DNA of 64,000 bases from an uncultured bacterium (GTDB lineage Bacteria > Patescibacteriota > Minisyncoccia > UBA6257 > 2-01-FULL-56-20), in NCBI GenBank assembly GCA_963718515.1, contig OY970354.1, positions 758,808 through 822,807 on the forward strand, read 5' to 3'. The notes under the pieces are model-generated. The model searched no databases, had not been told where the DNA came from, and was given only the letters and a program-made list of their open reading frames with translations. A program made the translations under genes and the position numbers. Positions 29,967 to 39,933 of this stretch are shown here, one piece after another. Numbering within the stretch: position 1 is the stretch's first letter; each line of letters begins with the position of its first letter.

Positions 29967-31982
29967 ATGCTAAAGAAACTGACTTCCTATTGGGCAATCA
30001 CCGCGCTCGTGCTCATCTGCATCACTTCGTTCGGCTTGATGTTTTGGGCGTCACGCGGCGATTCCGCAATCGACGACGAGCTTGCGCACATTCCCGCCGG
30101 CTACGGGTACGTGCACAATCTGAGCTATAACCTGAACCCCGAACATCCGCCGCTCATTAAAGCGCTCGCGATGCTGCCGGTGCTGATATTCGTTCAACCA
30201 ACATTCCCTACGAACATTCCGGCGTGGACGTCGGAGATAAACGGCGAATGGGATATGGGCACGGCGTTCCTGTACCACGCGGGTAATAACGCGAACGAGA
30301 TCATCCAGACTGCGCGGGTGATGCCGATACTCATCACGATCCTTACCATATTGCTCATCTATTTTTTGGCCCGACGGCTGATGGGAAAGCTCTGGGCGCT
30401 CGTGCCCACGTTCCTTTTTGCGCTCGATCCCACCGTGCTCGCGCAAGGGCATTATGTGACGACGGACGTCGGCGCCGCGTTCGGCGTGATCTTCGCCACC
30501 TACTTTTTTTTGAAGTATGCGGAATCGCCCACCACAAAACATCTATGGTATGCGGGGCTCTCGTTCGGCGTGGCACAACTCACTAAGTTCTCGACGCCAC
30601 TCCTTGTGCCGCTCTTTATATTTCTCGTGTTCGTGCTCTGGCTCCGCGACACGGCCTCGCAATGGAGCACGACGGATGCATCGCGCCGCGTGCGGACATT
30701 TTTCTTCCGCCTGTGCCGCAAAGCATGGAAACTCATCCTTATATTCGCGATCGGCTACGCGCTCGTCGTTTATCCGGTCTATGCACTGTTCACGGCCGGC
30801 TATCCCATCCAAAAACAGATCTCCGACACGACGACGACCCTCACCTCATTTGCGAGCGGCCCCACGCCCGCGGGACAGCTTTGCACCGGCATGCGCTGTT
30901 TCGCTGACGCGGATATTTGGATGTCGCATCACTACCTCACGCGGCCGGTCGCGGAATATTTGCTCGGCATCCTTATGGCGCTCCAGCGCGTGGACGGCGG
31001 CAACACTATTTATTTCCTCGGCCAGGTGCGCGGAAGCGGCGGATGGATCTATTTCCCGGCGCTCTTTTTATTGAAGGAACCAATCCCGACGCTTATTATC
31101 GTTCTTTTGGCACTCTGCCTCGCCATATGGTGGATGATTAAAAAAACATTAAACGGGCGCGGCGGCGAAAGTGGCACCGCCATGATCAAACAGCGCATCC
31201 TTGATTACCTGACGCTCAACTTCGCCGAATTTTCCATGGCCTCGTTCGTCGTTCTGTACTGGGGCTACAGCATGCACAGCCCGCTGAACATCGGCTTCCG
31301 GCATCTTATGCCCACACTCCCCTTCATCTTTATTCTCGCCGCCGGCGTGTGGAAAAAATGGATCATGAAACTGAATGTCGGCGGACTATCCCTCCAAACA
31401 TTTACGATGAACAACGTCATGAATTCCATCGCGGCATTCTTTCGCTCGATCTTCGCCTCTGCAATAAAATATATTGTTCTCATCCTGCTTCTCTTCTGGC
31501 TCCTCATCGAGACATTTTCCGCGGCGCCGTACTTCCTTTCATACTTCAACGAATTCGGCGGTGGCATCTCCGGCGGCTATCACTTTGTGACGGATTCCAA
31601 TTATGATTGGGGCCAGGATCTTTTGCGCCTGCAATCGTGGGTGAATGCCAACCCGCAAGTAGGTGCCATTGCCGTCGATTATTTCGGCGGCGGTGATCCA
31701 AAATATTATTTGGGCGACAAAGAAGTGGACTGGTCATCGTCGATGGGAAATCCCGCCGACCACGGCATCCACTGGCTCGCCGTTTCCGTGAACACGCTCG
31801 AGGGCGCCATCCAACCGCTCGCGCCCGGGCAAACGCGCGACGCCTCCGACACCTACGCATGGCTCACCGCGCTCCGGCCGCCTGCAGACGCGAGCGGCAC
31901 CTGGCTCGGCGGCACCATGGGCAATGTGCCCGCGCCGGATTATCGCGCAGGCACGTCCATCTTTATTTACCATTTGCAATAA
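29967..31982 (+). CDS. GT-C fold glycosyltransferase (family 39 / ArnT-PMT-like)
   Basis: It is a polytopic membrane protein. The N-terminal loop motif DDELAHIPAGYGY...PEHPPLIKAL is typical of PMT_2/ArnT-type enzymes that use a polyprenyl-phosphate sugar. Confidence 0.8.
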   Translation: MLKKLTSYWAITALVLICITSFGLMFWASRGDSAIDDELAHIPAGYGYVHNLSYNLNPEHPPLIKALAMLPVLIFVQPTFPTNIPAWTSEINGEWDMGTAFLYHAGNNANEIIQTARVMPILITILTILLIYFLARRLMGKLWALVPTFLFALDPTVLAQGHYVTTDVGAAFGVIFATYFFLKYAESPTTKHLWYAGLSFGVAQLTKFSTPLLVPLFIFLVFVLWLRDTASQWSTTDASRRVRTFFFRLCRKAWKLILIFAIGYALVVYPVYALFTAGYPIQKQISDTTTTLTSFASGPTPAGQLCTGMRCFADADIWMSHHYLTRPVAEYLLGILMALQRVDGGNTIYFLGQVRGSGGWIYFPALFLLKEPIPTLIIVLLALCLAIWWMIKKTLNGRGGESGTAMIKQRILDYLTLNFAEFSMASFVVLYWGYSMHSPLNIGFRHLMPTLPFIFILAAGVWKKWIMKLNVGGLSLQTFTMNNVMNSIAAFFRSIFASAIKYIVLILLLFWLLIETFSAAPYFLSYFNEFGGGISGGYHFVTDSNYDWGQDLLRLQSWVNANPQVGAIAVDYFGGGDPKYYLGDKEVDWSSSMGNPADHGIHWLAVSVNTLEGAIQPLAPGQTRDASDTYAWLTALRPPADASGTWLGGTMGNVPAPDYRAGTSIFIYHLQ

Positions 31983-32011
31983 AGAGAATAAAAAAGAGCG
32001 CGGGTAAAAAT

Positions 32012-32716
32012 TTACCTGCGCCCGCTTACCGGACGGCCTCTTTTTTTAGGCCATGCGTTCTCGTATCTCCACCAATGAAGGAGCGCCCGTTTGTCTCTGC
32101 GATCCCGCTCGAGGGGAATGAATAGCGCGAGGAGCTCACCTTTTTGATGGCCGTACTTCTCAAGAATGACGCGCGATGGGACGATGAATATCCTATCCGG
32201 ATATCCCTCGACATTCAAGAAAAAAATCACTCCGGCCATTTGCTCAAGACCATTCCTCGAGATATTGATCCTGCATTTCTTGCGACGTCTCCGGATAAAG
32301 ATATTCCGGCTACAATGAGCTTGGTAATACAGCCCATTGAGGAGAATTATCTTGGAGGCCGAAGCAGAAAGCCCATGAGGAAGTGCGATTGGCTCTCCCA
32401 CTCTGGAACCGGCCGCTGCGGCAATCCCTGCGATCTTTTTCAAGGTTGCACTGCCGGAAAAAGCTTTATGAGACTGTCCGTGATTTTCTGGCAGCGCCAT
32501 CTTGAAATCTTCGTGATAGACCTTCCTCATGTAGGATGCGCAAACGCCAGCCATCTTTGCTACCTCTTCGATGCGCACTCCGTCGACGAGGTGCCCAAGA
32601 ATGTCTTCGAAGCCAAGTTTGATCTTGTTGCCAGGATATCGCGACGTCCTCAGGGTAAACCACGCTTGGGCTCCAGCGACCCGAGCATCATCAAGTACGA
32701 TTCCATTGCTCTCCAC
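32012..32716 (-). CDS. Hypothetical protein with a possible N-terminal HTH, in a locally AT-richer patch
   Basis: The 234-aa ORF is intact. IEEVAKMAGVCASYMRKVY looks like an HTH recognition helix. The C-terminal half is unassigned. Confidence 0.45.
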   Translation of the reverse strand: MESNGIVLDDARVAGAQAWFTLRTSRYPGNKIKLGFEDILGHLVDGVRIEEVAKMAGVCASYMRKVYHEDFKMALPENHGQSHKAFSGSATLKKIAGIAAAAGSRVGEPIALPHGLSASASKIILLNGLYYQAHCSRNIFIRRRRKKCRINISRNGLEQMAGVIFFLNVEGYPDRIFIVPSRVILEKYGHQKGELLALFIPLERDRRDKRALLHWWRYENAWPKKRGRPVSGRR

Positions 32717-32809
32717 GGACTGCTCCTTTCCTTCAAGTCAACAAACCGTTCGGATTATACGATATATTCAAAAAAATTCATAGTGCACGGCGGCGCCGGA
32801 AACGATATG

Positions 32810-33652
32810 CTACTTATAATACATCCGATTTTGCGTCGTGCAGTCGATGTATTGCAAACTATCGAAACTCGGCCCGAGCATGAGTTTTTGGATGACGGGC
32901 AGATATTCGTCCGCAGGGAAGCGCAGGCTGAAATAGATCGTGGGACCGTTCGCGATCAAAACGTCAACTTGCTCAAGCGAAAGATCGCTCAATTCGATGC
33001 TCGTGACCGCGAGGCCGCTCTCGTGCAGGACATTCATGATCGAAAGAAAATTCGGCAAAAATTCATCCGATAACACTTTTTGGTTCAACCCGCGCGGCGC
33101 TTGCGCGGTGTCGTTCACGACGAAGATCAGATTTCCTTGCGTATCGAAAGATTTTTCGAATATCGTGCCGGTGTTATCGAACCAATAACATGGGGCGTTA
33201 GAGGTGACGCCGGAGGTCGGGACCGAGCCCGGCTGTCCGGAAAAACACCAGATGCCAAACGGCGCGCGCTCGTCGGCCGTGATCGTCACGGTGTGCGAGA
33301 AATAATTCTTTGAGACGGTCACGCGAGCGAGCTGGGGAATGAGTGGCAATTCGCTTGACGCAACCCGATCCGGCCACAGGAGCATATTATCGAAGCCGAA
33401 GAGCGCGGGAAAGGTCTCATGCTTCGGGATGGCGGTCGCCTCCACGAGGGCCACAACGTCAGAGCTCGCGACAGAACTATTCCCGACGACCACGACACTA
33501 TTGACGCGAAAAATCGGCGAGTGAAAAATGAACCACTGGACGATGAAGAATAAGAGATAGGCCGCGATGAGCGCCACCGCCGTAAAAAAATACGCGCGCC
33601 GGCGCTTGCGCTTCTTATGCCGGTCGGAAACGTACGAATTCAGCTGCATCAT
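32810..33652 (-). CDS. Cell division protein FtsQ-like (TM plus POTRA)
   Basis: It has a basic N-terminus and one TM helix. The POTRA-like start is FRVNSVVVVGNSSVASSDVVALV. The size and architecture fit FtsQ/DivIB. Confidence 0.65.
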   Translation of the reverse strand: MMQLNSYVSDRHKKRKRRRAYFFTAVALIAAYLLFFIVQWFIFHSPIFRVNSVVVVGNSSVASSDVVALVEATAIPKHETFPALFGFDNMLLWPDRVASSELPLIPQLARVTVSKNYFSHTVTITADERAPFGIWCFSGQPGSVPTSGVTSNAPCYWFDNTGTIFEKSFDTQGNLIFVVNDTAQAPRGLNQKVLSDEFLPNFLSIMNVLHESGLAVTSIELSDLSLEQVDVLIANGPTIYFSLRFPADEYLPVIQKLMLGPSFDSLQYIDCTTQNRMYYK

Positions 33653-33694
33653 TCAATAATACCACTCCCGCCTGCCGGCGCGGAGCGCGTGCTC

Positions 33695-34963
33695 TTATCC
33701 GATCACTTTTTTGCCCACGTACTTCTGCAAGACCTCCGGCACTTCTATCTTCCCATCTTTTGTCTGGTAATTTTCGAGGATCGCGATGAAGACGCGCGGA
33801 CTCGGGAGCGCGGTGTTGTTCAACATATAGACATATTTTTTCTCGCCGGTCTTTGCATCCACATATTTTACGTTCAGACGCCGCGACTGCCAGTCGAGGA
33901 AATTGCTCGCCGATCCGGTCTCTGCCCAACGGTTCATGCCAGGCAGCCACGCCTCGGTGTCATACTGTTTGTATTTGCCCGCGCCGAGGTCGCCGGTGCA
34001 AATAAGCAGGCGTCGGTACGGCAAACCAAGCTCTTCGTGCATCTCGCCGGAGATCGCCACCATCTCGTCCTGGAGTTTATTCGCCGCCTCAATATCCGCT
34101 TCCGCAAGCACCACTTGTTCCACCTTCATAAACTCATGCACGCGATACATGCCCTTCACATCTTTGCCATAACTGCCGATCTCACTACGATAGCACTGGC
34201 TGTATCCGGCATTTTTTATGGGAAGATCTTCGGACACCAAAAGCTCATCAGAATAATACGCAAGGAGCGACGGTTCCGAAGTGCCGACGAGAAATTTTTT
34301 CTCGCCACCCACAGCGCCGTCATCGCTTGTCGCGATCTGGTATATCTCATCCACTGCCGGATCGTATTCCGCGCCTTTAAAATATCCCGTGCCGAAGAGC
34401 GCAAATTCTTTGACGAGCGTTGGCGGGATCATCGGCTTGAATCCCTTTTCCACCATTTTATTCACCGCATACATCATGATGCCCATCACGAGCAGAACGC
34501 CTTCGTTCTTTACGTAGTAACCACGAAAACCGCCCACCTTCGTGCCCTTTTCAAAATCGAGGATATCGAGATCGGTACCGAGAGCCATATGATCTTTCGG
34601 CGCGAAATCGAACTCCTTTGGCTTGCCCCAATGGAACACTTCTTTATTCTCGCTCTCATCCTTGCCCACCGGCGTGTCCGGCGAGATGATGTTCGGCACC
34701 CGCGCCATAAGCTCGCCGAACTGTTTCTCGAGCGGTTTCAATTTTTCTTCCTGCTCTTTGAATTGTTCCTTTAGTTTTGCGCCCGCTTCGCGATCCTGCG
34801 TCTTCTTCTGCTCCGCGCGGAGCGTCTCCGATGTCGTCATCAATTCGCGACGCTTTTCGTCAACCTCCAAAAGCTCATCAATAAGGCCCTGGTCCAGGTT
34901 CTTTTTTACCGCTGCGTCCTTTATTTCCGAGGCGTTCTCGCGGATAAACTTGATATCGAGCAT
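33695..34963 (-). CDS. serS: Serine--tRNA ligase
   Basis: MLDIKFIRENASEIKDAAVKK... begins an N-terminal coiled coil, followed by class II motifs (GTSEPSLLAYY, RSEIGSYGKDVKGMYRVHEF, GSASNFLDWQSRRL). The start was set at the canonical MLDIK; an upstream in-frame ATG exists at 34981. Confidence 0.9.
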   Translation of the reverse strand: MLDIKFIRENASEIKDAAVKKNLDQGLIDELLEVDEKRRELMTTSETLRAEQKKTQDREAGAKLKEQFKEQEEKLKPLEKQFGELMARVPNIISPDTPVGKDESENKEVFHWGKPKEFDFAPKDHMALGTDLDILDFEKGTKVGGFRGYYVKNEGVLLVMGIMMYAVNKMVEKGFKPMIPPTLVKEFALFGTGYFKGAEYDPAVDEIYQIATSDDGAVGGEKKFLVGTSEPSLLAYYSDELLVSEDLPIKNAGYSQCYRSEIGSYGKDVKGMYRVHEFMKVEQVVLAEADIEAANKLQDEMVAISGEMHEELGLPYRRLLICTGDLGAGKYKQYDTEAWLPGMNRWAETGSASNFLDWQSRRLNVKYVDAKTGEKKYVYMLNNTALPSPRVFIAILENYQTKDGKIEVPEVLQKYVGKKVIG

Positions 34964-35081
34964 AAGGCTATGATAGCGCATGGGCGGATGGTCTTACAAG
35001 GGCGCTCTACACATTTTTATCAATCTAAGCTACAATGGGATGGTTCAGTTCTTATACCACTGAACAGAGGAGGTTTACAGT

Positions 35082-35399
35082 TTGACGAAACTGCCCGATG
35101 TGACCCGCTTGCGCTTAGTGATCGTCCTCGCGACGGTCATGGCGCTCTCGTCAATGTTTGTGGGTTTCCGCACAACGCGCGCTCCGCTATCCGGTTGGCT
35201 CATATGGCTGGTCCTATTGGGTCCAGCACCTCTCGTCCTCATTTTAACGTGGCTCTTCGTTAATAAAGGATGGGTGAAGGCAATCGACATCTGGATGAAT
35301 CCTCCGAAGACCCCGCCCATCCTTGATAGAGTCTATCCGGAACTCAGCCACAAAGAATGGATGAGACGCGGCAGTACTCAGCGAACACAAACGTTCTGA
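35082..35399 (+). CDS. Hypothetical small membrane protein (TTG start, 2 TM)
   Basis: GAGGAGG lies 7 nt upstream of the TTG. Two hydrophobic helices are present and a terminator follows. Confidence 0.5.
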   Translation: MTKLPDVTRLRLVIVLATVMALSSMFVGFRTTRAPLSGWLIWLVLLGPAPLVLILTWLFVNKGWVKAIDIWMNPPKTPPILDRVYPELSHKEWMRRGSTQRTQTF

Positions 35400-35435
35400 C
35401 GGCAAAAACGCCCAAACCAACCCCCTCAACCCCGC

Positions 35436-35467
35436 GCGTGGAGCAGACAGCTCCACGCCATTTTTTA
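35436..35467 (+). terminator. Rho-independent terminator
   Basis: GCGTGGAGC-agaca-GCTCCACGC forms a 9-bp perfect stem, followed by caTTTTTTATTT. Confidence 0.75.
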
Positions 35468-35519
35468 TTTATGATCAGCCCTTCAAAAATCCCCCGCTTT
35501 GGCATAGAATGACTACATT

Positions 35520-37256
35520 ATGGAAATCGACCAGATCCGCCACTCACTCGCACACCTTTTGGCCGCCGCAGTGCTGAAAGAATTTCCCGACGCAAAGCTC
35601 GGTATCGGCCCCACCACGGAGAACGGCTTTTATTACGATTTCCTCCTCCCCCGCCCGATCACGCCAGACGACCTGAAGACGCTGGAGAAATCCATGCGCA
35701 CGTTTGTCAATAAAAAACTCCCGTTCACCGGCCGTGAGGTCTCGGTCGCGGAAGCAAAAAAACTTTTTGCGCAACAGCCTTTTAAGCTGGATTTAATAAA
35801 TGAGTTTGCGGCAGAAGACAAAAAACTGACCGTCTATGAAACGGGCGACGTTTTTATGGATCTCTGCCGCGGTGGCCACGTGGAAAATACTTCCGAGATT
35901 CCGGCCGACGGATTCACGCTCGACAAGATCGCGGGTGCTTACTGGCGCGGCGATGAGAAAAACCAGCAGCTCCAGCGCATCTACGGACTCGCATTCGAGA
36001 GCAAGCAGGCATTAAAAGAATATGAAATGATGCTTGAGGAAGCCAAGAAGCGCGACCACAAAAAACTTGGCCCGCAACTTGACCTGTTCACTTTTTCGGA
36101 GCTTGTCGGCCCGGGCCTCCCGCTCTGGACGCCCAAGGGGACAACGATGCGAAATATTCTCGACGATTTTGTGTGGGAGCTCCGCAAAAAGCGCGGCTAC
36201 GAACAAGTAGATATTCCGCACATCACCAAAAAAGATCTTTACGAAAAGAGCGGCCATTGGGAAAAATTCAAAGATCAATTGTTCAAAATCGAAACCCGCG
36301 AAGGCCACCTCTATGCAATGAAGCCAATGAACTGCCCTCACCACACGCAGATCTATGCACGCCGGCAATGGAGCTACCGCGAACTCCCCCAGCGCTATGC
36401 GTCGACCACCAAAGTCTACCGCGACGAACAATCCGGAGAGCTCGCCGGACTTTCGCGCGTGCTCTCGATCACCCAGGATGATGCCCACGTGTTCTGCCGC
36501 CAATCGCAGATAAAAGAGGAAATTTTCAAAGTCTGGGACATCATCACGGAATTTTATAGCGTATTCGGGTTCGAGCTCTCCGTCCGGCTCTCCCTGCACG
36601 ATCCCGCACATCCGGAAAAATATCTGGGCACTCCGGAGTTGTGGCATGAATCGGAAAATCATTTGCGCGCACTCGTCAAAGACCGCGGCATGACGGCGGT
36701 GGAAACGCCCGGCGAAGCGGCGCTCTACGGACCAAAGATCGACTTTATGGGGAAGGATGCGATCGGCCGCTCGGTGCAAGTGGCGACTATCCAGCTCGAC
36801 ATGAACCAGCCCGAGCGCTTCGATCTCGTATGCATCAACGAGAACGGCGAACGCGAACGGATCGTCATGATCCATGCGGCGATCATGGGATCGATCGAAC
36901 GGTTCCTCTCCGTGATCATCGAGCACTTCGCCGGGAAATTCCCCGTGTGGCTCGCGCCGGTGCAGGCAACGATCCTTCCCGTCGGCGAAAAATTCTCAGA
37001 GTACGGCCAAAAAATATATAACGATCTCGCTGCGGCGGGCATCCGCGTGGAACTTTCCGCGGCGGACGAATCGCTCGGCAAACGCATCCGCGATGCGGAG
37101 CTGATGAAGGTTCCCTTTATACTCGTCGTCGGAGAAAAAGAATCCGCGGCCGGCACGGTGAACGTGCGCAGTCGTGGCGGAGACGAGAAAGAGATGCCTA
37201 TTGCGGATTTTTTAAATGCCATCGCGAAACAGATAAAAGAAAAGGGCCTCGACTAG
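35520..37256 (+). CDS. thrS: Threonine--tRNA ligase lacking the N-terminal TGS domain
   Basis: It begins directly in the N2 editing domain (IRHSLAHLLAAAV). It has the class II core (MKPMNCPHHTQIY, RVLSITQDDAHVFC) and an anticodon-binding domain. Confidence 0.95.
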   Translation: MEIDQIRHSLAHLLAAAVLKEFPDAKLGIGPTTENGFYYDFLLPRPITPDDLKTLEKSMRTFVNKKLPFTGREVSVAEAKKLFAQQPFKLDLINEFAAEDKKLTVYETGDVFMDLCRGGHVENTSEIPADGFTLDKIAGAYWRGDEKNQQLQRIYGLAFESKQALKEYEMMLEEAKKRDHKKLGPQLDLFTFSELVGPGLPLWTPKGTTMRNILDDFVWELRKKRGYEQVDIPHITKKDLYEKSGHWEKFKDQLFKIETREGHLYAMKPMNCPHHTQIYARRQWSYRELPQRYASTTKVYRDEQSGELAGLSRVLSITQDDAHVFCRQSQIKEEIFKVWDIITEFYSVFGFELSVRLSLHDPAHPEKYLGTPELWHESENHLRALVKDRGMTAVETPGEAALYGPKIDFMGKDAIGRSVQVATIQLDMNQPERFDLVCINENGERERIVMIHAAIMGSIERFLSVIIEHFAGKFPVWLAPVQATILPVGEKFSEYGQKIYNDLAAAGIRVELSAADESLGKRIRDAELMKVPFILVVGEKESAAGTVNVRSRGGDEKEMPIADFLNAIAKQIKEKGLD

Positions 37257-37283
37257 ACGTCGAGACCCGGGTTGGAGAGAATG

Positions 37284-37454
37284 TCACCGCACGCTGTACC
37301 GGGGAAGGGTCAGCCTGGGGGTTGCTCCGGCAGAAGCCTTCTCCTCGAAAGGAGACGGTGCCGAACCATTGCTCAGCCGACAGAATTTCCCTGCACAAAT
37401 GGCAAGGCCGAGCATGGCAAACGTTGCGACCACACACCAAACGATTGTTTGCAT
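37284..37454 (-). CDS. Candidate small membrane protein (56 aa, below the track cutoff)
   Basis: Manual translation gives MQTIVWCVVATFAMLGLAICAGKFCRLSNGSAPSPFEEKASAGATPRLTLPRYSVR*. A strong SD (GAGGAGGA) lies 4 nt upstream of the ATG. The ORF sits in the thrS-miaA spacer. Confidence 0.4.
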   Translation of the reverse strand: MQTIVWCVVATFAMLGLAICAGKFCRLSNGSAPSPFEEKASAGATPRLTLPRYSVR

Positions 37455-37545
37455 ACCGTCCTCCTCTGAGTTCTTGATTTCTACCGCCTTCCCGAATTAT
37501 ACCACTCTATCGCATAATGTCAATTATATACATATTTTTGCCAAA

Positions 37546-38451
37546 ATGGTCAAGAACCCCAAAATCATCAGTATTATAGGCCCTACCGCAAGCGGGAAGA
37601 CCGGACTTGCCATGACCCTTGCGCGGGAACTTGACAGCGAGATCGTCTCTGCGGATTCCCGCCAGGTCTATCGCGGGATGGATATCGGCACGGCGAAGCC
37701 TACGCGGGCGGAGCGGGAGGCGATTCCCCATCATCTCATCGATATTAAAAACCCCGACGAGGATTATACCGTGGCGGAATATAAGCATGATGCGGGGAAT
37801 GCCATCCAAAATATCCTCGCGCGTGGAAAAGTACCATTACTCGTCGGCGGCACCGGACTTTATATAAAGGCGGTGCTTGAAAATCTGGACATCCCAAAAA
37901 CGCACGCGGACCCCACGCTTCGCGCAGAGCTCGAGGCCGAGATCGCGCGGGATGGCCTTCCCGCGGTGTTCCAAAAACTGGTGGCGCGCGACCCCGAAGC
38001 CGCGTACGTTGTGGACCCCCAGAATCCGCGCCGCGTGGTACGCGCACTCGAGGTCGCGATCACGACGGGAGAGCCGTTCACCGCCCAGCGCAAAAAGAAC
38101 AAGCCACTTTTCGATGCGCTCATCCTCGGGCTCAATCCCCCGCCGGAAGTGTTGCGCGAACGCATCGATCAACGCGTGGATGCGATGACGCGGGACGGTC
38201 TTGTTGACGAAGTCGCCGCGCTTATAAAAAAATACGGCCGGGCAACCGCCGTATTAGACGCGATCGGCTATCGCGAAATCGATCATTATCTGAACGGCGC
38301 CTGCTCACTCGAAGATGCTATCAAAGAAATAAAGCTGAACACGTGGCACTATGCAAAGCGCCAGATGACGTGGTTCAAAAAAACACCCGGCGTAGATTGG
38401 GTGAATGACGAAGCAGAAGCGCTCGCGCGTGCCAAAAAATTTTTATCCTAA
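37546..38451 (+). CDS. miaA: tRNA dimethylallyltransferase
   Basis: The start MVKNPKIISIIGPTASGKTGLA contains the P-loop. Further motifs are SADSRQVYRGMDIGTAKP and YAKRQMTWF. The start was moved from the track's 37369 to the ATG at 37546. Confidence 0.9.
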   Translation: MVKNPKIISIIGPTASGKTGLAMTLARELDSEIVSADSRQVYRGMDIGTAKPTRAEREAIPHHLIDIKNPDEDYTVAEYKHDAGNAIQNILARGKVPLLVGGTGLYIKAVLENLDIPKTHADPTLRAELEAEIARDGLPAVFQKLVARDPEAAYVVDPQNPRRVVRALEVAITTGEPFTAQRKKNKPLFDALILGLNPPPEVLRERIDQRVDAMTRDGLVDEVAALIKKYGRATAVLDAIGYREIDHYLNGACSLEDAIKEIKLNTWHYAKRQMTWFKKTPGVDWVNDEAEALARAKKFLS

Positions 38452-39843
38452 ATTTTTTTCAAAGATCTCTTTCAGCATATCCGGCCGGGCGCGGCCTTTG
38501 AGCCGTGCCATTGCCTGCCCGATAAGAAACTGCAAGCTCACCGTCTTCCCCTTTTTATAGTCCGCAACCGCCGCGTGATGTTCGGCGATGACGGCAAGTA
38601 CGACCACTTCTACTTCATCTATGTCGGATATGCCGATATTCTCGCTCTTCATGATCTCTTCCGGATCGGCGCCGTTCTCGAACATTTTAGCGAGCATATC
38701 CTTCGCCTGGCGACTTGTGATCTTTTTGCGTTCGATCAACATGGCGAGATGCGCGAGATGCTCCGGATCAACTTTGACGTCGACAAACGTAACGCCCGAC
38801 TGGTTCATCAGGCCACGCAGATCACTCGTCAAATAGTGATAGAGCGTGGCGATGTTCCCCTCCGAAATCTCCGCTCGAAATTCAGAGACCGCTTCTTCGA
38901 AATAATTTGCCGTAGCCGGTTCACCCACGAGCGCGTCCGCCTGCTTTTCATCCAGGCCATATTCGGCGGCGAAGCGCATGCGCTTTTGCGCGGGAAGTTC
39001 CGGAATGGAATCACGCAACGCTCCGAGCCCGAACACGGCCGTTTCGAACGGCGGGATGTCCGGCTCCGGGAAATAGCGGTAGTCATGCGCCTGTTCTTTT
39101 GAGCGCTGAGATACCGTTTTTTGTTTTACCTCATCCCAGCCACGCGTCTCTTGCGTGATCTTTTCGCCCGCGCGGATCGCTTCTTCCTGACGCGCGAGTT
39201 CGTACTTGACGGCATCGTGCACCGCCTTGAACGAGTTGATGTTCTTGAGCTCGGTCTTTGTCCCCATATTGAGGCTCACGTTCGCCTCGATGCGCATCTG
39301 CCCTTTCTCCATGTTGGCATCCGATACGCCGAGGTAGCGCAGGATCAATTGCAATTCGCGCGCGAAGTCCGCGACCTGCGCGGCGCTCGTAAAATCCGGC
39401 TCGGTCACGAGCTCCATAAGCGGCACTCCCGCACGGTTGTAATCGACGAGCGATGCGCCGTCCGCATGGCCGAGCGTTCCCGTATCCTCTTCTAAATGCA
39501 CCCGCGTGATGCGGATGCCTTTCAAAACCCCGCCCGTGACGAGCGGCTTGTCGTACTGGGAAATTTGATACGCCTTCGGAAGATCGGGATAGAAATAATT
39601 CTTGCGGTCGAATTTGGTGGTCTCGTTGATATTCCCGCCGAGCGCGAGGCCGACTTTGATGACGTGCTCGATCGCTTGCCGGTTGGGAACGGGCAAGGTC
39701 CCCGGGTGGCCCATGCAGACCGGGCAGATGTTGACGTTCGGATGCGCCTCTTCCGGATCGTTCAGCGAATCGCAGAACATTTTCGTGCGCGTCGCAAGCT
39801 CCGCGTGGATCTCGAGGCCGATGGTAGGATTATATTCACCCAT
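38443..39843 (-). CDS. gatB: Asp-tRNA(Asn)/Glu-tRNA(Gln) amidotransferase subunit B
   Basis: MGEYNPTIGLEIHAELATRTKMFC...CPVCMGHPGTLP...NRAGVPLMELVTEPD matches GatB. A C-terminal YqeY-like domain is present. The ATG at 39843 is preferred over the TTG at 39897. Confidence 0.9.
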   Translation of the reverse strand: MGEYNPTIGLEIHAELATRTKMFCDSLNDPEEAHPNVNICPVCMGHPGTLPVPNRQAIEHVIKVGLALGGNINETTKFDRKNYFYPDLPKAYQISQYDKPLVTGGVLKGIRITRVHLEEDTGTLGHADGASLVDYNRAGVPLMELVTEPDFTSAAQVADFARELQLILRYLGVSDANMEKGQMRIEANVSLNMGTKTELKNINSFKAVHDAVKYELARQEEAIRAGEKITQETRGWDEVKQKTVSQRSKEQAHDYRYFPEPDIPPFETAVFGLGALRDSIPELPAQKRMRFAAEYGLDEKQADALVGEPATANYFEEAVSEFRAEISEGNIATLYHYLTSDLRGLMNQSGVTFVDVKVDPEHLAHLAMLIERKKITSRQAKDMLAKMFENGADPEEIMKSENIGISDIDEVEVVVLAVIAEHHAAVADYKKGKTVSLQFLIGQAMARLKGRARPDMLKEIFEKNLG

Positions 39844-39933
39844 AATAGCAGTGGCTGTGTTTCCTATGATAGTAGCGGAAAACGCGGGTTTTCTCAACTT
39901 TTGCCGCGGGTTTAATTATGTTTTAATGTAGCT

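Noticed and set aside
33617-34774. A 385-aa plus-strand ORF. Similar long ORFs are 36012..36926 (-), 5896..6621 (+), 20895..21632 (-), 32144..33073 (+) and 30051..30542 (-).
   Set aside because: Each lies opposite a well-supported gene: serS, thrS, the 5413 gene, the fourth operon gene, the 32012 and ftsQ-like genes, and the GT39 gene. All show His/Arg-rich, low-complexity antisense translations.
37369-37545. A 59-codon N-terminal extension of miaA in the ORF track.
   Set aside because: MiaA proteins start a few residues before the P-loop, and the ATG at 37546 gives MVKNPKIISIIGPTASGKT. The upstream part overlaps a better small minus-strand ORF with a strong SD.
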